Below are positions 8,605-15,231 of a stretch of 17,910 bases of DNA, piece after piece (within the stretch, counting starts at the first letter, position 1; every line of letters begins with the position of its first letter). Source of the DNA: Promethearchaeota archaeon (GTDB taxonomy: Archaea; Asgardarchaeota; Thorarchaeia; Thorarchaeales; Thorarchaeaceae); assembly GCA_014728035.1 (NCBI GenBank), contig WJMJ01000154.1:1-17910 (forward strand), given 5' to 3'. The notes below the pieces were generated by a model. That model was not told where the DNA came from. It made no database searches and was given only the letters and a program-made list of their open reading frames with translations. Both the position numbers and the translations under genes were made by a program.

Positions 8605-8723
8605 GCGATGTGATGTGAAGCAATACGAGATGTGGTAGAGCGATGGTTCTGTAAGACATAACGTATCGTTGCGTAAATCAACGAATGCAAAGCACATCGG
8701 GTGGTCGTGGGTGGTCCACGGCC
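8605..8723 (+). ncRNA. Putative guide-type ncRNA with 5-nt periodic RYR-NN units and a 3' hairpin
   Basis: Eight consecutive RYR-NN pentamers at 8605-8644. The phase shifts by +1 at 8646 and again at 8687 (41-nt blocks). Hairpin GGTCGTGG-[GTGGT]-CCACGGCC at 8703-8723. Confidence 0.55.
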
Positions 8724-8748
8724 CATTGTGGAAACTGGAGGAAAAACC

Positions 8749-9438
8749 GTGAAGACAATCAGAGTGAAAGCGACGTTTTTGGAGCCTGTGTTGGGCACTG
8801 TGGCTGGAGATCCAGAGATTTATGAACAGTTTATTGCCAGTAAACGGCCTGATGGTGTGGATCCAGAAGAGATTGAGGCAATCCCAACGTTGGAGGAGGA
8901 TTTGGAAAAGGGAGCGACAGTGTTCGCTCGTATAAATGAAACTGGTACACCCATGCTCTGGGATTATCAGATTCGTGGATTCTTCAAAGAGGCATTTAAA
9001 TCCATGATCGATATTACTGGATCTTGTATCGACACAAAGGAGAAGCAGAAGAAATACAGGCTCACCAATTATACGTGCAAAAAGACGGTGGATAATCATA
9101 TTGGTGTCACGCCACGACGAGTTGAACTGCATCTGCCGGAGGGTGGTGAACTTACATTTTGTCAGCGACCGCTTCGGGCTGAAACGATGAGAGGAGAACG
9201 AATCGCTCTCGCTTATAGTGAAGAAGCACCGGCTGGAAGCTGGGTTGAATTTACGATCACATTGATGGACGATAAGCTCGAAGAACCAGTGCTTCAGGCA
9301 TTGATGTATGGGGCACACAAAGGATTCGGACAATGGCGCAATAGCGGTAAGGGGCGATTTGAAGTTGAAATTCTGGATGAAGAAAAAACATCCCCCGATT
9401 GGCTCAACACAAGCAAGATTAAGCGTAAGACAGATTAG
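8749..9438 (+). CDS. Stand-alone RAMP / Cas7-fold RNA-binding protein (229 aa)
   Basis: Likely start is GTG 8749, with GGAGG at 8737-8741. RAMP-like elements: IRVKATFLEPVLG, PMLWDYQIRGFFKEA, thumb QRPLRAETMRGERIALAYSEEAPAGSWVEFTITL, Gly-rich loop YGAHKGFGQWRNSGKGRFEV. Confidence 0.75.
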   Translation: MKTIRVKATFLEPVLGTVAGDPEIYEQFIASKRPDGVDPEEIEAIPTLEEDLEKGATVFARINETGTPMLWDYQIRGFFKEAFKSMIDITGSCIDTKEKQKKYRLTNYTCKKTVDNHIGVTPRRVELHLPEGGELTFCQRPLRAETMRGERIALAYSEEAPAGSWVEFTITLMDDKLEEPVLQALMYGAHKGFGQWRNSGKGRFEVEILDEEKTSPDWLNTSKIKRKTD

Positions 9439-9454
9439 TCCGGAAAGGGCATAG

Positions 9455-9640
9455 ATGCGTTGTGTCAATGAAAATTGTGATCGTGATTCTGATTGTCTGG
9501 GTGCAGTGCTGGTCAACGCGGATGGTGACTTTGCCTGCTGCAAAACTTGTGCGGAAGAATATCGTAAGCAACGAGATCATTTCTTTGCCGTAACAGTGCA
9601 TGATGAAGAACTCACAGCCGCATATTTGCGAGGCGAATAA
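9455..9640 (+). CDS. Small Cys-rich, putative Zn-binding protein (61 aa)
   Basis: CxxxxC...DGDFACCKTC. Fills the gap between the RAMP gene and scaffold copy 2 on the same strand. Confidence 0.65.
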   Translation: MRCVNENCDRDSDCLGAVLVNADGDFACCKTCAEEYRKQRDHFFAVTVHDEELTAAYLRGE

Positions 9641-9646
9641 CGTATT

Positions 9647-9710
9647 TTCAGGCCCTCATCCTCGGGCCTAAGCTCACCCACGACGGTGAGTAATCTCCGG
9701 ATGGAGACCA
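9647..9710 (+). ncRNA. Structured scaffold (tracrRNA/scoutRNA-like), copy 2
   Basis: 62/64 identical to 6885-6948. Both differences (9681, 9684) fall in the loop of hairpin 2. Confidence 0.75.
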
Positions 9711-9725
9711 TACAACGGGTGTAAT

Positions 9726-9991
9726 GTGACGCCCACGTGCGCATGGGAGGATGGGGTGCCACACGGATCCGCACGATTTTGCCGTGCGTGACGCCCACGT
9801 GCGCATGGGAGGATGGTGAAAAGATGCGAGCGGCTGAACATATACGAGCGTGACGCCCACGTGCGCATGGGAGGATGGGAGGATCTCGAAATCCTCGAAA
9901 CTATGTGACGCCCACGTGCGCATGGGAGGATGGCTGTAAAAGGACCAAGAAGGAAATCAGCGCAAGTGACACCCCATGTATGGGAGGATGG
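9726..9991 (+). CRISPR. CRISPR mini-array 2 (5 repeats, 4 bounded spacers plus a probable trailing spacer)
   Basis: GTGACGCCCACGTGCGCATGGGAGGATGG is identical at 9726, 9788, 9850 and 9905, with a degenerate 26-nt copy at 9966-9991. Spacers are 33, 33, 26 and 32 nt. Confidence 0.95.
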
Positions 9992-10075
9992 GTATCGGGA
10001 CCCTTCAGGTGCAGAGATATGAGCTTGATTGTTTCAATATATAATTCTACATCTTTGGTGTAAAAGGAGAATATT

Positions 10076-10768
10076 ATGGTCAACACGGCTGAAAAAATCG
10101 ATAAGGTTGAAGCAGAACCAATTGGTGAAATGTCTGATGACGAATTCCAGCAAGTTCTTATTGAGCTTGATGCGATCATTGAAGATATTGTTGACAAGAT
10201 GCTCAGTATGGCAACATATCTAGGACGCATGAGCAAACCACAGATTAAGGAGGTATGTCAACGATACAAAGGAACTATATCTGCGGATCACATCAAACGA
10301 ATCGCATTATTCGGTCGCGGAATGATCAAGGAATATATGGCTAGACCGGAGAAATACATTTATGCCACAGAACTGCAACGATATAGTGATAAAGCTAGAC
10401 AAGATGTGGCAGATCCGGAACGCGTAGTTGAAGTATTGACCATACATGGGCGCAAATCTGAGGTATCAAATAAGAAATTGTGCGAATTGACCCCAGTGCA
10501 GATGATTAATGTGGTGGACCCAATTTATGGTATTCGCACAGTGAAACAACAGGAGAAAGTATTTGTTAGTAATATAAAGAAAGCCTGTAAGAGACAAAAA
10601 AGAACTCCGTCAGACGAAGAAATCAAGTCATTTCTTTATGCATCTGCAGAGCCATCAGAGGATGGTAAATTTATTGTAATTCGAGGGCATGAGGGCGATT
10701 GTGTGCCTGTCATGAAAATTGAAATACCGGCATCTACGATTAAAGATATATTGAGCAGTATTACATAA
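10076..10768 (+). CDS. Hypothetical protein
   Basis: 230-aa ORF with AAGGAG RBS. No family recognised. Confidence 0.75.
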   Translation: MVNTAEKIDKVEAEPIGEMSDDEFQQVLIELDAIIEDIVDKMLSMATYLGRMSKPQIKEVCQRYKGTISADHIKRIALFGRGMIKEYMARPEKYIYATELQRYSDKARQDVADPERVVEVLTIHGRKSEVSNKKLCELTPVQMINVVDPIYGIRTVKQQEKVFVSNIKKACKRQKRTPSDEEIKSFLYASAEPSEDGKFIVIRGHEGDCVPVMKIEIPASTIKDILSSIT

Positions 10769-10772
10769 TTTA

Positions 10773-11336
10773 TCAGGAAGGTTCTTTTATAGCCTTACTA
10801 TATAAAGCAAGCAACTTTCTTTTGGAGGTTGCTTGCTTTATATGTGGTATTACTTTATGCTTAAGATAATCAATAGACAAATTGTTTCTTTTTATTAATT
10901 CAATCACATCAGCACGATCTCTATACCTATTAGCTTCTGTTTTAAGTATTAATAATAATGGCAGATCGGCCACCTCTAGTCCATGTTGATGTGATGGGGG
11001 TGGGAATATGACTGACCCCGCTTTAACGCCCTCGGCACAAAAGTTGACAATAATTCCATTATTATGTAGTAATTTATTTTGCCCGATGTCTGTATACTGA
11101 TTTGTTTGTAGCAGATAATTTGCCAATCTGGAGACATCTTTAGTGCGCACCAGAATGTCTATGTCATTAGTATATCTTGGGTAATTATGTTCTGCCACTG
11201 CCATTCCACCGATGATAGTAATAGGAATATCTAGATTGGTGGAGGCATCGTTGAGGTGATTTAATGTGATAGATTTGTTATTGATATTATTTTCAATAAG
11301 CAATAAAGCTTTATTAATTTTTTCCATGAATTTCAT
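10773..11336 (-). CDS. Nucleotidyltransferase-fold protein (AbiEii/DUF6036-like)
   Basis: IIGGMAVAEHNYPRYTNDIDILV (GG...DxD) and C-terminal LILKTEANRYRDRADV. Confidence 0.8.
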   Translation of the reverse strand: MKFMEKINKALLLIENNINNKSITLNHLNDASTNLDIPITIIGGMAVAEHNYPRYTNDIDILVRTKDVSRLANYLLQTNQYTDIGQNKLLHNNGIIVNFCAEGVKAGSVIFPPPSHQHGLEVADLPLLLILKTEANRYRDRADVIELIKRNNLSIDYLKHKVIPHIKQATSKRKLLALYSKAIKEPS

Positions 11337-11340
11337 ATAT

Positions 11341-12579
11341 TTATAATAATTTTTCCAACTCTGGACGTGCTTTTACTGGGTCATCAAGTATTTTCATGAT
11401 CAGATCATGCATTTGTTTAGGTGGCAATTTATTTAAAGCTGTAACTATGTCGGCTTTCTTTGTTTTATCAGGCATTGCATCAAGTAATTTGCGCCACATC
11501 TCAGGGCCTATCTGGATGAGCCACGGTTCGTCCTCTAGTCTATCGGCATGTGCCAGAACTGTTTCCGTGGTTTCTTCATCCATGTCTGATAATCCATGAT
11601 GTGATAATAACTCCATCACGCCCTTGGACAATTCTTGAACTAGGATTGGAAACATGATGGCTTTGGCTTCAATCTTTGGTGTGTCGTTGCTATAAGTTAC
11701 CTTCTCTGACCCCACAGCCATTCCAGCCAGCTGCTTTGCCATAGATGATATATCCATCATCCAATATTGTTTATGTGATGCCGATGTGATTTTATCGTAT
11801 AAATTGAGTAACTCAGTATCAATCTTTTTGAGTTCTCTATTGACGAGGTGATGTACCGTCATCATCATATCTACCGCAGATCCTTGGGTTAGTGCGTTTA
11901 TGGTAATGCGTTTGTTTATTTGATCTATCATTTCTTGTGATAATTCAACGTCTTCTGACGATTTGGTAGTATTGATATCCACAGCGTCTGTGATATTGGC
12001 CTCTAACATTGACACCGGAATACCCCATACCTCGGACACCGTATTCACTGCCAAAGATTCCAATTCCTCTTTGTGTGCTCTTTCTTTTTGCATAATCTGT
12101 TGAAACACCTGCATCAGATTGCGCACATTCCCACCTACATCACCCATACGCTTATTAGTGTGTTCAAAAGATTTCTTTGACAACGACTTACCGTATACTG
12201 ACATTATTGGGTGTTTGCTAAATATATGTCGTTTTTGTTTGGGCAGATTTTCCCAGAATTCTCTGGTTGATGGATTGGCTTCTTCCTCATAAGCTTCGGT
12301 CATAATAACCATCATCTCATTTTTAGGTGATGGTTGTATCTTGGGCTGGGGTGGTCTAAACGGATCTGGTTTGGCTGGTTTGGGACTTGCCGGTGATGGT
12401 TTTGTTTCTGGTTTTGTCTGCGGCTTTGCGGGTGCTACAGCCGGACCTGCTGCAACCGCCCCCGTGGACATTGTGTTTTTGGCCTTAGGTTTTGATTTAG
12501 GTTCTGGTGGATTGAATGGTTCTTCTGGTGAGGTATCCAATTCTTCTAATGTCTTGTCTAATAACTTCTTGAAATTCAT
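11341..12579 (-). CDS. Hypothetical phage protein with Pro/Lys-rich N-terminal linker
   Basis: 412-aa ORF with AGGAGGAG RBS. A PAKP-rich segment precedes a helical domain (KRITINALTQG...FPILVQELSKGVMELLSHHG). Confidence 0.85.
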   Translation of the reverse strand: MNFKKLLDKTLEELDTSPEEPFNPPEPKSKPKAKNTMSTGAVAAGPAVAPAKPQTKPETKPSPASPKPAKPDPFRPPQPKIQPSPKNEMMVIMTEAYEEEANPSTREFWENLPKQKRHIFSKHPIMSVYGKSLSKKSFEHTNKRMGDVGGNVRNLMQVFQQIMQKERAHKEELESLAVNTVSEVWGIPVSMLEANITDAVDINTTKSSEDVELSQEMIDQINKRITINALTQGSAVDMMMTVHHLVNRELKKIDTELLNLYDKITSASHKQYWMMDISSMAKQLAGMAVGSEKVTYSNDTPKIEAKAIMFPILVQELSKGVMELLSHHGLSDMDEETTETVLAHADRLEDEPWLIQIGPEMWRKLLDAMPDKTKKADIVTALNKLPPKQMHDLIMKILDDPVKARPELEKLL

Positions 12580-12652
12580 GTGTGTCTCCTCCTGCGTATT
12601 TAATTATTTTTGCTCAAATGTAAGTAAAACACTTCCTAATTATTGGGAACTA

Positions 12653-13270
12653 ATGTTTGACAGCCAATTCTACATGATGGAATCTAGTCAAACTGAAGTG
12701 GAACCCATGTTCCCTATAACGTTTGCTAGATCGGCATTAACTAAAACAGGATATGAATACGACCTACCTTTAATTGGTAGTGGTGAAAATGGATATGCAT
12801 TCGCACGTTATGGCATAATAATAAAAGTCACATCCGATCGTGGTGAATACAAAATAGCCAGGCGACTATTACATCAGAAGATCAAACACATAATTAATAT
12901 TTATCGGGCTGAATATGTAAATATGGGATTAGATGGGATGCCACCGTGGTGGGCTGAATACTGGGGCGATGCAATGCCACACTGGCACATCATGAATAAT
13001 CTATATGTTATAGAAAAGAGTAGAGCCAAAATACCAACCGACAAAACCAAATACAACATAGACAAAATTATAAATATGATAGAGATGGGTATATCACACA
13101 CCGTAATAATTAAGTCATTTGGTGAATTGGGCAGACAAATTATCTCGTTGATTGATGCATTGTCCAAATATGATGTTAGATTATATGATATTCGTGGTGA
13201 TAATATTGGTCTTCATGACAACATGCTTAAGCTGATAGACACTGGTGGGGTACAACCAGTTACCGCTTAG
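12653..13270 (+). CDS. Minimal protein-kinase-like (PKL fold) protein
   Basis: Gly loop IGSGENGYAF, IIKVT lysine, helix-C Glu (GEY), catalytic loop YDIRGDNIG and DFG-like LIDTG. Start moved to ATG 12653 (12675 is an alternative) because the upstream part of the track ORF is antisense to the 11341..12579 gene. Confidence 0.75.
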   Translation: MFDSQFYMMESSQTEVEPMFPITFARSALTKTGYEYDLPLIGSGENGYAFARYGIIIKVTSDRGEYKIARRLLHQKIKHIINIYRAEYVNMGLDGMPPWWAEYWGDAMPHWHIMNNLYVIEKSRAKIPTDKTKYNIDKIINMIEMGISHTVIIKSFGELGRQIISLIDALSKYDVRLYDIRGDNIGLHDNMLKLIDTGGVQPVTA

Positions 13271-13631
13271 ATTTTCTCATTCCTTTAATTGCTTTGTTTA
13301 AATCATATACCTTTGGTGAGCACACCCATATTCTATGAATATTGTCTGGCAATGATGCCAAAATTTCTGGTGTGTCCTCAATCATCACATCTATGCCAAG
13401 TTCGATTATCTTGGCTTTCTTCCATTCTATCATAGAGGCGTCATCTGGAGCGATATGTAAGTGGTCATATCGTATGTATGATGATTTTAGTAGATCAATT
13501 ATATCTTGTCTGTTTTTTGGGTCTCTATATGTTATAATATGTATTTCATGGTTACCGAAATTGGTTATCGATTTAAATAATTCAGGGATGTCAGTGATTA
13601 CACCGTCTATATCAATTCCTATTTTCATCAT
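13260..13631 (-). CDS. HAD-superfamily hydrolase (5'(3')-nucleotidase-like)
   Basis: KIGIDIDGVIT (DxDG), IITYR, K, and MIEDTPE motif IV. Confidence 0.85.
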   Translation of the reverse strand: MMKIGIDIDGVITDIPELFKSITNFGNHEIHIITYRDPKNRQDIIDLLKSSYIRYDHLHIAPDDASMIEWKKAKIIELGIDVMIEDTPEILASLPDNIHRIWVCSPKVYDLNKAIKGMRKSKR

Positions 13632-13670
13632 GGTATATATTTTTGTCGTAAATTAGAGGAGGATATCATT

Positions 13671-13793
13671 GTGACTGATTACAGTGCCAGGGCGAAAAAG
13701 GGGTGGAGAACGCGGAGAGAAAATGAAGAAAGAGAACGGCGTGCGAAAGCAGCTAAGAAAGGTTGGAAGACACGCCGTCGGAATGCTGAATAA
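13671..13793 (+). CDS. Small basic protein (40 aa) with duplicated AKKGWxTRR motif, absent from the ORF track
   Basis: GAGGAGG RBS at 13656-13662, GTG start. Translates to MTDYSARAKKGWRTRRENEERERRAKAAKKGWKTRRRNAE*. Confidence 0.75.
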   Translation: MTDYSARAKKGWRTRRENEERERRAKAAKKGWKTRRRNAE

Positions 13794-14157
13794 TTTGGGA
13801 TGATCGCCACCAATCATAAATAGTGGTTGGTGGTACACGCACATGGTGCAATTCTTTGAGTGCGGTTGATGCCTCAGTGAGAGACATTCCACCATTATAA
13901 TATTCTATGGCTTTATTGTGTACTGATGTGCTGTACTTGCTTCTCCCATATGGTATATATGATCTATTATTGTTAGAAAAGAATTTGTGACATTTTTTAC
14001 AATAATGCTTGGAATATATTATTTTCAGTCTACATTGGCAATCGATACCAAGATGATAAACTATTCTAGAATTGGCACTATGTCTTTTGGATTCGTGACC
14101 ACATTTTGGGCATGGTACTTTCGATTTATTTGCTGATACAGTAATTATTCTGGGCAC
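13753..14157 (-). CDS. ISL3-like transposase N-terminal fragment (zinc finger and HTH, no catalytic domain)
   Basis: CPKCGHESKRHS...YCKKCHKFF zinc finger followed by HTH (GMSLTEASTALKELHHVRVPPTTIYDW). GGAG RBS. Only 134 aa. Confidence 0.7.
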   Translation of the reverse strand: MPRIITVSANKSKVPCPKCGHESKRHSANSRIVYHLGIDCQCRLKIIYSKHYCKKCHKFFSNNNRSYIPYGRSKYSTSVHNKAIEYYNGGMSLTEASTALKELHHVRVPPTTIYDWWRSSQIIQHSDGVSSNLS

Positions 14158-14221
14158 TTGAATCTCCGTATTTCATTAAATTTGATAGTGTCTATATATT
14201 GTAGTAGGAAATTATGAAATT

Positions 14222-14455
14222 ATGAAGCATAGAATTTCAGCAAATTGTAATTTATATGACACAGACGAATCCACCAAAGAATATATACGTGTTAATAAAT
14301 TTCATTATGTACACCTAGATGCAATTCGCAAAGAACTTATGATAAAATATGACAATCGATTAATTGGTGATCTTGAAATTGATGATGGTAATTGTATGTA
14401 TTTTGAACATGACATTGACGATGACTTACATCAACTGTTTGGGGATCCATTATGA
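14222..14455 (+). CDS. Hypothetical protein
   Basis: 77-aa ORF with ATGA overlap into the next gene. Confidence 0.6.
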   Translation: MKHRISANCNLYDTDESTKEYIRVNKFHYVHLDAIRKELMIKYDNRLIGDLEIDDGNCMYFEHDIDDDLHQLFGDPL

Positions 14456-15033
14456 ATGAAAAACAATTGAGACAAGACGCATTGGAAGCATTGAACAGAC
14501 ATCGTTGTGGATGGATTCAATTGGGCAAGGTTCTTGTTGAAGTAGTATCTACTGACCAATGGAAAGATTGGGGATATGAGAAGTTTACAGAATATTGTAA
14601 GCAGGAATTGGGATTGACAATTATGACGGCCAAGGAAATGATGATGGCGTATGAATATATTCAGAAGAACCAGCCATCATTATTAAATAATTTGTTGGAT
14701 AATCCATACGTACCTGATTATCATACATTGGCGACATTGAGCAGGGCAGTGGAAAAGGGTAAAATTGATGATGATCGTGAGACCACCATTCGTGATGCGC
14801 TGTTTGATGCAGACAAACGTGTAGAATCAACACGTGAAGCCAAAGACATGCTTTCTGAATCCATGAAGGAAGATGGTGAAGCTATCATGGATGACATTAA
14901 GAAAATGACCAAAAGCGTTAAAAAGCGTATGAAGAAATTAAACCAGGACATATGGAACACTTCATCGTTTCATAATGAAATCCAAGAGACATCAGATAAA
15001 CTGACCGACATGGTAACATCGGTAGAAGTATGA
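14452..15033 (+). CDS. Hypothetical helical protein (WKDWGYEKFTEYCKQELGL motif, possibly DNA-binding)
   Basis: 193-aa ORF coupled to both neighbours by ATGA overlaps. Confidence 0.75.
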   Translation: MNEKQLRQDALEALNRHRCGWIQLGKVLVEVVSTDQWKDWGYEKFTEYCKQELGLTIMTAKEMMMAYEYIQKNQPSLLNNLLDNPYVPDYHTLATLSRAVEKGKIDDDRETTIRDALFDADKRVESTREAKDMLSESMKEDGEAIMDDIKKMTKSVKKRMKKLNQDIWNTSSFHNEIQETSDKLTDMVTSVEV

Positions 15034-15224
15034 TAGAGAAAACTCTCAGAGAACATGCTGAACGCCATCTAGATGAAATTGATGTTGATAAATCGGGCCA
15101 ATTTCATGACCGTATTAAATGTCCAGTTTGTAATTCAGAGAGTAGTTTATCGGTGAACGTATCTAAAGATGGTTTTACGTATGGTTATTGCACCGAATGC
15201 TTGAGGGGATGGAATAATTGGTAA
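15030..15224 (+). CDS. Small zinc-ribbon protein
   Basis: CPVC...YCTEC, with ATGA overlap. Confidence 0.7.
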   Translation: MIEKTLREHAERHLDEIDVDKSGQFHDRIKCPVCNSESSLSVNVSKDGFTYGYCTECLRGWNNW

Positions 15225-15231
15225 AATCAGA

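Noticed and set aside
8701-8748. Track start of the RAMP ORF at 8701
   Set aside because: It lies inside a hairpin with no SD, whereas GTG 8749 has GGAGG at good spacing.
8500-9543. 347-aa minus-strand ORF
   Set aside because: Antisense to the RAMP gene, which has an RBS and recognisable motifs. No recognisable features of its own.
10059-10068. 10-nt match (TGTAAAAGGA) between spacer 9934-9965 and the RBS region of gene 10076
   Set aside because: Too short; several such matches are expected by chance across all spacers. Worth revisiting only if seed-only repression is demonstrated.
12341-12652. Gly-rich N-terminal extension of the kinase ORF
   Set aside because: Antisense read of the Pro-rich region of the 11341..12579 gene.
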